A stretch of 33,649 nucleotides of DNA from Acidobacteriota bacterium (GTDB lineage: Bacteria; Acidobacteriota; Vicinamibacteria; Vicinamibacterales; SCN-69-37), in contig JANOGJ010000260.1 in NCBI GenBank assembly GCA_031405995.1, positions 1 through 33,649 on the forward strand, written 5' to 3'. Positions 7,201 through 15,864 of this stretch are shown piece after piece. The position numbers and the translations under genes were made by a program. Every line of letters starts with the position of its first letter. Positions within the stretch are counted from its first letter, which is position 1. The notes under the pieces were generated by a model that saw nothing but the letters and a program-made list of their open reading frames with translations, was not told where the DNA came from and made no database searches.

Positions 7201-9965
7201 GAGATGCCTGGATAGTCGGCGTCGATGGCCTTTGACGATAGTTTGAAAGGTTGCCCCTTTTCGTCGGCGAAGACCTGGAGATCGGCGCCCTCCGGCATCT
7301 GCCCTTGCGCGAAGTACCGGAAAGCCTCGACCTGGCGCTCCGAATTGATCTCGGCCGCGACCTGTTCCTGGACCTTGACCCGCTCTTCCTGCCACCACGT
7401 CTCAGTCTCGCGGCGCTTCTCGGCGGCGATCCTGGCACCCAAACCGCGAGCGGCCTCGTCGTGAGCCTGCGCGGCTTTGTTTTGGTATTCGGCGAAGGCG
7501 GCCTCGGACATGCCTGCCTCTGCCGCGCTTTTGAACATCGGGATGTAGGCTTGGGCGTTTTCGACGTTGGCGATGGCGTCGTCAGTGGCGATCATCCGGT
7601 CCATGACACCGCGGACCTCATCGCTCAACTCGACACCCAAACCACCGATCTTGCGGTAGATGGATTTGAGCCATGCCGAGAATCGCGCGAAAGTCCTGAC
7701 TAATTGCAGGGACGGTGCCTTGCCTTCCTGGAGGTACTTCTCGAAGGCACGGGCGAACTTCTCGTGGTGCTCCGGCGTGATCTCTTCCCGAGTTTTCACG
7801 TGGAAATAGCCTAGCAATGTCTCGAAGTCGGCGCGCGTCTGATCGGTCGACTCGCCCCGGTACGCCAGGTCGGCGAACGTCTCCAGGAAGTAGTGCCCGG
7901 TCTCGTGGAGGAACGTCGACCGATCGGCGTTCTTCGTCGAAAGGGTCATCGTGAACCCAGGCCCGCGGCGCTCCGTCAGCCCGATCGCTGCGCCGGCCTT
8001 GTTGAGCAGCGACGGCTCCCCGCCCTCGGTGAAGAACTTGATCGACCCGTTCGCTTCAAGCGAGACGTCGGACTTGATGTCCAGCGGGAAGATCGTGGAC
8101 AGGTCTTCCTCGGTCAGACCGGTGCGCGCCGCCTGCGCCTTGAAGTAGGACTCGTGCAGCTTGGCGTAGTGGTCGGCATCGGTCTCTGGAACCCCGATCG
8201 AGATGAGTTTCGAGAATCTGTCCATGTAGATCGGGCTCATTTTGCGCGCCGCGACGTCCGCTTCGGTCATCTGGAACGGTAGTTCGGTGAGGACCTTCTG
8301 ATGCTCCTGGGCCTCCTTCGGCGTCATCGACTCCTGGTAGAACTTGGCGTCAGGAACCAAGGCCGCGTGGTATTCGGTTGGGGCGATCTCGCTGACGTAC
8401 TTCCCGAACGGAATTGCCACGAATCCGCCGGTTTCCTTGGCGTTGGCGTACTCCTGACCGACTCCGATCTGTTCTGCTGCTGCGGCCGGGTCGATCCCCT
8501 TGGACTGGAAGAGAGTCGTCCATGCGTCGGCCGCCACGAGGACCGATTCGGGGTGCCCGTTGGCCGCCGCGGCGCCGTCGGCGAACTCTGCCATCGCCGC
8601 CGGGTTGGTTTCCGCCAGCCGCACGTTCCTGGCGATTCCGCCGAGCGATTCCAGCCGAGCCTTGGCAGCAAGCCCCTGCCTCATGGATGAGACATCGCTG
8701 TGGAATTGTCCTGCTGGGCCGGGGACGATCAGAAGGGCCAACGAAAGGGCGGCCTCCTTGGCCTCGGTTCCCATCTCGCCGATGATCCCGGCGAAGTTGG
8801 TTTGGCCGCCCTCCGAACCAACTACGGTCTCGCGGCCTAGCGCGGTCACGCCAGCCTGTCCGGTCTCCGTGCCGACTTCCGCGCCGAATGTCGCCATGTA
8901 CTTGACTGCGGCCTGCGCCATCGCCTTTCTCAGCGTCAGACCGCCGAAATCGGCCTTCTTCGAGATGCCTCCAAAGACTGGCTGTAGGAACGGGAAGAGC
9001 GTCATCGCGACCTTGGACCCGGCGACCTCTATGACCGCGTTGGCCGCACCGACGACCGACGCCGCAGCGGCTGCGGTACGGAAGTTCACCGCACCGCCGC
9101 GCTCTTTCATGGCCTCGACGATGTCTCCGTAGGCCGCTCCTGACTCTTGCTGCCATGTGTCGTACCCAACACCCGCCAGGAACCCGGCCGAAGCCGTGGC
9201 CGGGACCAGCGGAGCGGCCTCCGGGCCAGCCGCCATTGTCAGCGCCGCAGCTTCGGCCCCCATGGCAAGCCCACCGCCTACTCCAGACGCCAGTGACCCC
9301 AACGTCTCAAGGGTCCCGGTCGCCATGCGCGCGAACGTGCCGTGGCTCTCCTTGCCGTAGTCCTCCGACATGAACGATTCGAGTTCCGCAATCCTTGGGT
9401 TCTCGGAAGGGTCGGCGCCTGACAGCATGGCTCGCAGCAACAGGTCCGACCGCTCCCTCTGGGCGCCGCCGACACGGATCGCGCGCGACCAAGCCCCCTC
9501 GTCGTAGACCATACGTGGCCGGCCGAACGCCGCGGTCTCACCGCTTGGGTGCATTCGGCCGGTCCACCACTCAAGTCCTTGGAGCGACTTCAGGTCGTCC
9601 CTGGCCTGGGCCATGTTGTCGATCTTGGAGACCCACGACGCCAGAATTGGAGAGTGTGCCATCAGGCTTTCGAGATCGACGTCCTTCTGGGCCGCCACTT
9701 CCTTGACCTGGGCCTGGTTGCGCTCCACGACGTCGCGCGGGAGCCCGGTGCGGTCGGCCATGCGGATCACGTTGGCGTGAGCGGCCGGGTCCTTGGTCGC
9801 GGCGACGCGGGCGGACGTGTCGAGCGCCGACGCCTGCCTGCGCTGGAGCTCCGCAAACACGTCATCCGGCGACGGCTCGACGAGCGGAGCAGCATCCATC
9901 GCAGAGAACACGTCATCCGGCGACGGATCTGTGTCTGGCGCGGCGTTCGGATCGTATCCGCTCAT
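4230..9965 (-). CDS. Giant internal virion / ejection protein (gp16-slot analogue, 1911 aa) with a zincin-like HExxH motif
   Basis: Uninterrupted 5.7-kb ORF. ATG 9965 overlaps the stop of the upstream gene (ATGA). It lies between the gp15-like ORF and the fibre. FLHETGHYFLE is at nt 7893-7907 (residues 687-691). Confidence 0.85.
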   Translation of the reverse strand: MSGYDPNAAPDTDPSPDDVFSAMDAAPLVEPSPDDVFAELQRRQASALDTSARVAATKDPAAHANVIRMADRTGLPRDVVERNQAQVKEVAAQKDVDLESLMAHSPILASWVSKIDNMAQARDDLKSLQGLEWWTGRMHPSGETAAFGRPRMVYDEGAWSRAIRVGGAQRERSDLLLRAMLSGADPSENPRIAELESFMSEDYGKESHGTFARMATGTLETLGSLASGVGGGLAMGAEAAALTMAAGPEAAPLVPATASAGFLAGVGYDTWQQESGAAYGDIVEAMKERGGAVNFRTAAAAASVVGAANAVIEVAGSKVAMTLFPFLQPVFGGISKKADFGGLTLRKAMAQAAVKYMATFGAEVGTETGQAGVTALGRETVVGSEGGQTNFAGIIGEMGTEAKEAALSLALLIVPGPAGQFHSDVSSMRQGLAAKARLESLGGIARNVRLAETNPAAMAEFADGAAAANGHPESVLVAADAWTTLFQSKGIDPAAAAEQIGVGQEYANAKETGGFVAIPFGKYVSEIAPTEYHAALVPDAKFYQESMTPKEAQEHQKVLTELPFQMTEADVAARKMSPIYMDRFSKLISIGVPETDADHYAKLHESYFKAQAARTGLTEEDLSTIFPLDIKSDVSLEANGSIKFFTEGGEPSLLNKAGAAIGLTERRGPGFTMTLSTKNADRSTFLHETGHYFLETFADLAYRGESTDQTRADFETLLGYFHVKTREEITPEHHEKFARAFEKYLQEGKAPSLQLVRTFARFSAWLKSIYRKIGGLGVELSDEVRGVMDRMIATDDAIANVENAQAYIPMFKSAAEAGMSEAAFAEYQNKAAQAHDEAARGLGARIAAEKRRETETWWQEERVKVQEQVAAEINSERQVEAFRYFAQGQMPEGADLQVFADEKGQPFKLSSKAIDADYPGISQTARKVLGRSGMTATGGIHPDAVAPLFGYESGDELLLALTTQAHPDARITRQTAAAMIEKHGDILNDGTLPEASQEAARDSKARLSQLLQELDALNRRAGNRRVRLTAADLKAAAFENIRAGKVRDLDPASYQRAERTAATNAIKAAGKGKYDEAVEWQRRRLLNFALAREATEAKREADSAVRFLRNSGGPAARAKLGLAGGTYQEQQDALLGRFDFRNRTLKAIDRTQALGDWITEQEALSFDPVVSQKLRIESFKEHWKNLSVNDLLDLRNAVKSIQYTASIKNKLIVVGKERAAEAVKEEALESIKKNIPDPGRAVIDSTTAGAVERFAQFRNKFDAWAVRLEELALQMDGNDPNGIFSQFLVHAPADAQAAEKTLGMETATKLLRAFEQMPKADMRLLHTGRVYVKSIDQTFTFKGLLGIAANYGNDSNYSKLLGGYQTEQGGLIKWSDATIEEALSHLTEAHWDYVQNFWNILDALWPAAEALEKRRTGLAPPKVERRSFTRQFADGTSKTYEGGYYPVIAHPKFSSLLAEKMTGPDGGPFDAKSYVAAITPHGHLIERTGANFAIDLDINRLPGHVVQVVHDTTHREAIINAWRFITVPEIAAEIKHRLGLPYYQAMLERLRRIAGARGMSSFGGDYMAAAQSAMAAAVMGYKGTVATQNFANLAIAHTVVGELEFGKAAVDLINNHAETMEFIKNSSPEMRYRMTTRDNEVRREFERAVTGDSWVQAVRRSGYTMANMTNALIDYPTWLAKYRMELAAKLTHEQAVRSADSTIRTNFGAGGVKDIAAFQDDQIFRYFSMFSGWFNNAYNQQRRLIRETKGLAAEGRYAKAAKHAIMNEFWRVAVMAVASEILSGRGPKDGEKAWDWALTQIALYHASMIPFVKEMSSALAKKNDPRLFGLESLALSTVRAIESDVKAFKGGNILPAVEDSAALIATLYGLPVSQAQITGGYIRDLATGRERFRKPSDALKFIFRRDKERRR

Positions 9966-11698
9966 GGCCTCGCCTTCATGTTCTGCTCAACGTCGTAGTA
10001 CTGGCGAATCGACACTGGGTCTGACGGCCTCCCGGCGTTTCTCAGGATGGCTTCGATGCGTGCCGCGTCAGCCGAAGGAATGCCGACAGGGGCCTCGACG
10101 ACTTGTTCTTTGTCGGGGACGAAAGCGTCGCCACGCTTGGCTTCGAACTTTCGAATGTCCGTGTCGACCAGATACCACTTCCCGGTCTTCCGTTCACCTT
10201 CGATCAGGGCCTCGTCGATGATCTTCTGGGCCTCGATGCGGTTTGGTCGCCTACCTTCATGCGCTTGGAACGCATCGACCTCGTTGCGGACATATTTCTC
10301 GAAGCCGCCGACCTTCTCGTCGGACGTGATCTTGTCGCCCTCGTAGAAGAAAGCCGCGTTCTCCCTGATGGCCGTGTCGACCATGCCCTGAGTTGTCTCG
10401 TTATCGAGCGACGGCCCGGCCGGAGTCTTCCCGGCTGCGGACAGACCGCGGGCGAAGTTGTTCAGGTCCTCCACCTCTCGAAGCGCGTACCGCATGTCCT
10501 CGTCGGTGACTTTCCCTCTGAGGACCGTCATCGGGTGATTCTTCGGGTCTCGCTTCCACTCCGGGGACTGCAAAATCCAGTTGCCCCACAATGCCAGGTC
10601 GGAACGCTTCGGGCTGGAAGAGCGGTTCGCGTCCTGCTCCTCGATGTTCTTCATCTGCTGTTCTGTCTCGCCCGAGAACGCACGCATCTGCAAGAGCGTC
10701 TCTCGGGGAACAGCGGACAGCCTGCTGCCGCCGGCCTCGAAGGCTTCCCACGCCTTGTCGAGCACGCCGCGCTCGTAGTCCTTACGCACCTCGTCCCTCT
10801 CGGCGAATCGGACCTTGATCGCCTGGACTGCGTTCTCCTCTTCCTTGCCGGAAAGTGTTGCGCGGGCCGCGTCGATCGCAGCCCTCTGGTCGTTCGGGTT
10901 GTTTTTCAGAATGCCGTCGACCGTAGCCTGCTGTTTGGTCAGGTCGTCGGTCTGCGCGTAGACCTTCGACCAGTGCTCGCGATCCTTGGAGGTGAGTTCG
11001 CCCTCGTGCGCCACGTAGAACTTTAGGAACTCCGAGTGATTCGCGGCACCGTCGAGCGCGCCCAACACAGACGACAGCACGCCGCTGCGCGCTTCCGCTT
11101 GCTGTGCCTGAGTGATCTCGTCGGACCATCCGTTCGCGACAGCACGACTCGCGACGGCCGAATCCGCATCGGCCAAGGCTCCGGAGATCATCTCCGGGTA
11201 TTTGGCCGCCGCGTTCGACGCGTTGGCGATTCTGGCGACGGCCGATTGATCCGCGAGTACCTCAGCCTGTTTCGCCTCGTGGCGCAGCACCGCAGAACGC
11301 GCGTCGGTCGCCATACGCTGCGCGTTCGGAACGAACTTGTCCCGCTGCGAATCGTTCGCGAGCCCAGCCGAAAGCTCCTTGGCCCGTGCTTCGATCGCGG
11401 CATACGCATCGGCAGACGCCCCGATGGCGTCCTTCCCGTTCTTCTGTAGAGCCGCATCCGTAAGGGCCTGCCGCTCGGAGTCGAACGTCGCTAAGTCGGC
11501 GTTGACTCTGACGTAGTCGGCGCGCTCTTGCGCCGCCTGCTGCGCGTTCGACTGGACCGTCAGCGCGGCCCCGGCACGGCCGATGACCTCTGCCGTCTCC
11601 TGACCAAAAGCGTTTGGCGGGACGGACGAGTCCTGATAGCCGGGATCGTAACCACGCGGCTTGACCGTTCGGCCTGCGACGACAGGAATTTGGGGCAC
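9962..11698 (-). CDS. Internal virion protein (gp15-slot analogue, about 578 aa, helical, Ala/Gln-rich)
   Basis: The listed ORF starts at 11851 inside the upstream gene. GTG at 11698-11696 overlaps the upstream TAG by 1 nt (TAGTG) and gives the N-terminus (M)PQIPVVAGRTVKP. By recollection this resembles N-termini of podovirus internal virion proteins. There is no other start codon nearby. Confidence 0.68.
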   Translation of the reverse strand: MPQIPVVAGRTVKPRGYDPGYQDSSVPPNAFGQETAEVIGRAGAALTVQSNAQQAAQERADYVRVNADLATFDSERQALTDAALQKNGKDAIGASADAYAAIEARAKELSAGLANDSQRDKFVPNAQRMATDARSAVLRHEAKQAEVLADQSAVARIANASNAAAKYPEMISGALADADSAVASRAVANGWSDEITQAQQAEARSGVLSSVLGALDGAANHSEFLKFYVAHEGELTSKDREHWSKVYAQTDDLTKQQATVDGILKNNPNDQRAAIDAARATLSGKEEENAVQAIKVRFAERDEVRKDYERGVLDKAWEAFEAGGSRLSAVPRETLLQMRAFSGETEQQMKNIEEQDANRSSSPKRSDLALWGNWILQSPEWKRDPKNHPMTVLRGKVTDEDMRYALREVEDLNNFARGLSAAGKTPAGPSLDNETTQGMVDTAIRENAAFFYEGDKITSDEKVGGFEKYVRNEVDAFQAHEGRRPNRIEAQKIIDEALIEGERKTGKWYLVDTDIRKFEAKRGDAFVPDKEQVVEAPVGIPSADAARIEAILRNAGRPSDPVSIRQYYDVEQNMKARP

Positions 11699-12204
11699 TA
11701 GTTGAACACCCCGCTCTGGAGGCCGGTGCTGTACTGATTCAGCGCCCGAGAGCCCCCGGTCAGGAGTGTCGCGCCGGTATCGTTCCGGGCGGATGACAGC
11801 GTCAATCTCTTCTTGCGCGCGAACTCCTCCGCCTGGCTCTTGTAGCCCCACGCTTCGCGCTGCGCGTTCGAGCGGATGGTCAGTGCGTCGAGCTCACCGA
11901 ACATCGCGGTGTCCGCGGTCACTGAGGCTGGCGATCCTGAGCCTAGTTCAACGCCGGAGGCTGCGAAGGCCGCGCTCTGCTCACCGACGAGCATCCGCGT
12001 CCTGGTTCGCGCTGCGTCTTCCTCGATCTGGCCGCGATGAATCGCGTCGGCCGCAGCGAACGTCGCCTTTTTCTGATTCTCGGTCTCGACAGACGCCTGG
12101 TAGCCTGCGGTCTTCCTCTGCGCGTCAACAGACGCGGCTGTTGATGCCGCCGTCGCCACAAGCCCAGCGATCGCGATGATTTCCCCAACGCCTAGATCGG
12201 CCAT
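11698..12204 (-). CDS. Internal virion protein B (gp14-like, 168 aa)
   Basis: Position and size match (T7 gp14 is 196 aa). Hydrophobic N-terminal segment GEIIAIAGLVATAASTAAS, then an Ala/Gln-rich helical region. Confidence 0.6.
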   Translation of the reverse strand: MADLGVGEIIAIAGLVATAASTAASVDAQRKTAGYQASVETENQKKATFAAADAIHRGQIEEDAARTRTRMLVGEQSAAFAASGVELGSGSPASVTADTAMFGELDALTIRSNAQREAWGYKSQAEEFARKKRLTLSSARNDTGATLLTGGSRALNQYSTGLQSGVFN

Positions 12205-12653
12205 TCTGGCCCCCTTGACTTGTCGATGGTCAACAGCCGGTCAGAAGCCTCGGACGGTGCGACCACGAAGCCGAGCCGTTCTGCGAAGCGCACGCTCGCC
12301 GGGAACTCTTTGTCCACTGTCCCGAAGAGGCGCGGGTACGTCATCAACATCTCGTCGATGACGCGGCGCGCGACCGTTAACGTCAGCTTTGGCTTTTCGG
12401 AGATCCGCTCGGACACGTAAAGCCACGGGTAAGCTACGTCATCGTCGATCTCTGCCGCTCCCCACATCGCCATCAGTTCGTTGTCGACGCGACCCGACCA
12501 CGCCAGTTTCGAGCGCGAAAGAGCGCGCGTGATGGACTCGTAGTCGGTGCCTTCGCCGAGAGCCACGATCGACCCCTTGACGAGCGGGTGGAGTAGCCGC
12601 GCCATCAGACCGGCGTCCTCTGTCGTCGCTGGCGAGATGACAAGGTCAACCAC
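12192..12653 (-). CDS. gp13-slot internal virion protein A-like, possible GNAT-like fold (153 aa)
   Basis: Lies between the nozzle and the gp14-like genes, as T7 gp13 (138 aa) does. GTG 12653 overlaps the nozzle stop. The C-terminal FAERLGFV resembles the acetyltransferase-fold beta4-alpha3 region. The start is uncertain. Confidence 0.55.
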   Translation of the reverse strand: MVDLVISPATTEDAGLMARLLHPLVKGSIVALGEGTDYESITRALSRSKLAWSGRVDNELMAMWGAAEIDDDVAYPWLYVSERISEKPKLTLTVARRVIDEMLMTYPRLFGTVDKEFPASVRFAERLGFVVAPSEASDRLLTIDKSRGPEWPI

Positions 12654-15600
12654 CGAACGTCACCTCCGGCGTGATCGACGTGATCTCGCACGGGAGCGGG
12701 TCTCGCTGTTCGATCGTTACGCGACCGCTCGTTCCCCAGCCCCCAGAGATCGTCACGTAATCGCGCTGCGTTGCAAGCGGCATGGCGGCGCCAGCGTTCA
12801 CCGCGCCGTCTGCGACCTTACGCTGCTTCCACTCGCGCATCCTTCCGTCCTCGCCAATCCACAGTCCACGAGATGCCACGACCTCGAACCACACACGGCC
12901 GAGGATCTTCTTCACGGTCTGCATGGACCGGCCATCGAAGTTGATGTCGAGAGTTTCGAGCGTTGACGTGTACGGGAGACCGATGGTGACGACGCTGCCT
13001 GCGTGCGGGAGCGTCACATTGCCGGAGCCGTCGACTGTCAGATCGGTGACGACGCCACCGTCGACTACAGCCGAGACTTCCCGGCCTACACCGAGATGAG
13101 GGAATGAGAATACTGATAGCGCATGGGTCCAAACGGTCAACGGACCTCGCGCGCCGGGTGGGACGTCTCTCTGGAATCTGATGGTGACAGACGTGCCGGA
13201 CGTGACGACAAGGATCGTGGCGCGGTATTCGTTGCCGGCGGCGTCAGACCACACGATCTGCGATCCGACGTGCGACGCGACGAAGTAATCGAGGCCAGTG
13301 ATGCCTGCGACAGTGTCGACTCCAGCGAGCCAACCGTTATCAAAGATACTGAATACGACTCCCGCCGCAGCGAAGTCTGGAGAGCGATACGTCAGGGAGC
13401 AATCGAGGAACACGCCGTAGTTGGGCGTGTTGCTGATGCTGCGTGACGCGAACCTCTCGATGAACCTCTTGGGAGAACCATCCACCGTGCGCCTGACGAC
13501 GACGTACACGGCGGTCTCGTCACCCTCTGGGATGCACGCGACGGACTCGTAGAAGCCGTCGGTGTCGTGCTGGTGCCAGGCGATGACCTCGTGTGAAGGC
13601 AGATACGTCATGCCGAGCAGCACGCCGTCGTCGCGTACCATCCAGATCACGGAGTCCGGTCCCTTGGCGTAGGCCCAGTCGATGATCGTGTGGCCTTCGA
13701 GCAGATGCTTCGCGAGGACCGACCTCTCGTCTTCTGCCGTGTACCCGTCCTGCTGGAAGTCGAAACGGAACTCCCGGATGGCAGGGCCTTCGAGTTGGGA
13801 AAACAGCACTCGCCCGCCGACTGGGAGCGGTGCGATGGACCCCGACCCGTAGTGCGCGTGGGCCTTCGCGTCGATGGATGCCGGGCCGATCGGTGCGCCC
13901 CTGGAACCTTGGATCGCGTACTCCGACGATCCCGTGAACCCCATGAGGACGCGGGCGTGGACGAGGCCCAAGATCCGGTCGACCGTCAGAGCGCCAAGCG
14001 TGTACTCGAATGCATCGTCATCTCCAGCCGGAGACGAGGCAACGAAGTCTCTATAGTTCCCAGCGCGCGACCCGAAAAACGTGTCCGGCTTGTTGTCGGT
14101 CCCGGCCAAGATCAAACGCTGATCGTAGAACGCAGCGACTGACGGGCGATCGCCTTCGGTGTCGAACGAAATCGGCGGCGGGCCTGGAGCTTGAAACGGC
14201 GCCTTGAACAGCGGCTGCTGAGAGTAGTTGGGAGCGTTCCCCGTGTCTGCGAATGACAAGCCCGACATCGTGCCTATCAGGCCGAGCTGGGTTTTGGTGA
14301 CTCCGCGGTACACGCGGTATCCGGTCGCTCCGGTCACGCCAACGTGAAGCCTGACGTTAACGGGGGTGGCGGCGGATGGCGACCGCGCCACACCGTCAAA
14401 TCGCGGCACTGAGCCGAACGACTCTTGGACTCCGTCAACAGCGGAGATGGAGTACCAGTTCGAGTTTTGGACGAACGGCGCCCCGCCTTGGGATAAAAAT
14501 GGCTGGCCCGGCGTGCCGAGCGTTGGGTCCGGTGTCGCCGTATAAGCGGGGTCTGGGATCGGGACCACAGTGTAGTCCGGCACTTGAGCGTCGTCGTAGA
14601 ACACAAGCCCGTCGATCGAGCCGATGTACCCGTACACTCCGTAGTTCCGGCCGCGGTAGATGTTGTACCCCGAAGCCCCCGCGACCGCTGTTGGGATCGT
14701 CACCGTGGCGGGCTTGATCGTTGAGACGTTTATCGAGATGTTTTTCGGGATCGAACCGAACGATTCAGACCCTGTGGCCGCGTCGATCGCGGTCACGACG
14801 TACCACCACGACTTCAGAGGGTTGTTGACGTCTCCGGCGAGATCGCCAGTGATCGTCGGCGCTACTGGAGCCGGGAATTGCGGGCCGTTGATGAGATCAG
14901 ACAGCGCCCACGACTGCTCTGCGTAGCGTTTCAATTCGGCTGGGTTGTGAGCCCGATGAGGTATGAACAGAACGTCCGCGGACTGCGCCGTGCGACCCTT
15001 GATCTCCCGCACCTCGTTTTCGAGGTAGGTCGTTTCAATCTCCATCGGTCCAGGCGACACGAAGTCGCTCACCTCGAAGCGCAGATCAACGCCGACGATC
15101 TCCGTCCAGACTCCGCCGAGGTTGGTGAAGGCTGCTCCGGTTGGATGCTGGTCACCCGTGGTGCAAGAGATGAACACATGCCCGAGTCCAGAGCTGCTGT
15201 CTGACTGCACGACGATGTGAAGCGGCGTCCCGACGGGGATGATTGGAAGCGGCGCGGTCGGATCGACCAACGAGAACGTCTTCATAACTGGCTGCGGTAG
15301 CAGTTGCGACGCTGACACACTCGTAAAATCCAGAAACCCGAGATTCGTGAGCGGCGCGTCAGGCAAACCCGCGGCGTCCGAATACACGGCGACTCTTACG
15401 GTCGGGCTGCTGACAAAGAGTTTCCCGAGGCGCACGCGGATCTCGCGGATCGAAAACGGCACGGTGCTCGACGAGACGAATCTCTGAGCGCGCGACAGCC
15501 CAGCGGCCGTCGTCAACGCCTGAGATCCAGCCGGGGAAGCGACATCGTGCGACGCGATAATCGGCGTGTCTGATCTTGGAACCTGCGCTCCGTTCCTGAC

Positions 15601-15864
15601 GAAGCGCACGTACTCTCCGCCGAACTCCAGGATGTACGACTCATTCGAATTGAACACGAACGGCACGAGCATGGCTGGTCCTGAGTCCTTCGTCTCGACG
15701 CAGACTTCTGTGCCCGATCGGTTCTTGACGCCGCCTTGCGGGATGACGACGAAGTTCCGACACGTCTTCAACCACGATCGGTAGGCTTCGAGATCGACGC
15801 GCCCATGAACGGATGTAGAGACCTCTCCTCCGACGAATGCGCTCTTTCGGAACGGTGAGGCCAA
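12646..15864 (-). CDS. Tail tubular protein B / nozzle (gp12-like, 1072 aa) with inserted domains
   Basis: N-terminus SAFVGGEVSTSVHGRVDLEAYRSWLKTCRNFVVIPQGGVKNRSGTE matches the conserved start of gp12-type nozzle proteins. It directly follows the gp11-like gene. The only start that keeps this N-terminus is TTG 15864, adjacent to the upstream TAG. Confidence 0.85.
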   Translation of the reverse strand: MASPFRKSAFVGGEVSTSVHGRVDLEAYRSWLKTCRNFVVIPQGGVKNRSGTEVCVETKDSGPAMLVPFVFNSNESYILEFGGEYVRFVRNGAQVPRSDTPIIASHDVASPAGSQALTTAAGLSRAQRFVSSSTVPFSIREIRVRLGKLFVSSPTVRVAVYSDAAGLPDAPLTNLGFLDFTSVSASQLLPQPVMKTFSLVDPTAPLPIIPVGTPLHIVVQSDSSSGLGHVFISCTTGDQHPTGAAFTNLGGVWTEIVGVDLRFEVSDFVSPGPMEIETTYLENEVREIKGRTAQSADVLFIPHRAHNPAELKRYAEQSWALSDLINGPQFPAPVAPTITGDLAGDVNNPLKSWWYVVTAIDAATGSESFGSIPKNISINVSTIKPATVTIPTAVAGASGYNIYRGRNYGVYGYIGSIDGLVFYDDAQVPDYTVVPIPDPAYTATPDPTLGTPGQPFLSQGGAPFVQNSNWYSISAVDGVQESFGSVPRFDGVARSPSAATPVNVRLHVGVTGATGYRVYRGVTKTQLGLIGTMSGLSFADTGNAPNYSQQPLFKAPFQAPGPPPISFDTEGDRPSVAAFYDQRLILAGTDNKPDTFFGSRAGNYRDFVASSPAGDDDAFEYTLGALTVDRILGLVHARVLMGFTGSSEYAIQGSRGAPIGPASIDAKAHAHYGSGSIAPLPVGGRVLFSQLEGPAIREFRFDFQQDGYTAEDERSVLAKHLLEGHTIIDWAYAKGPDSVIWMVRDDGVLLGMTYLPSHEVIAWHQHDTDGFYESVACIPEGDETAVYVVVRRTVDGSPKRFIERFASRSISNTPNYGVFLDCSLTYRSPDFAAAGVVFSIFDNGWLAGVDTVAGITGLDYFVASHVGSQIVWSDAAGNEYRATILVVTSGTSVTIRFQRDVPPGARGPLTVWTHALSVFSFPHLGVGREVSAVVDGGVVTDLTVDGSGNVTLPHAGSVVTIGLPYTSTLETLDINFDGRSMQTVKKILGRVWFEVVASRGLWIGEDGRMREWKQRKVADGAVNAGAAMPLATQRDYVTISGGWGTSGRVTIEQRDPLPCEITSITPEVTFGG

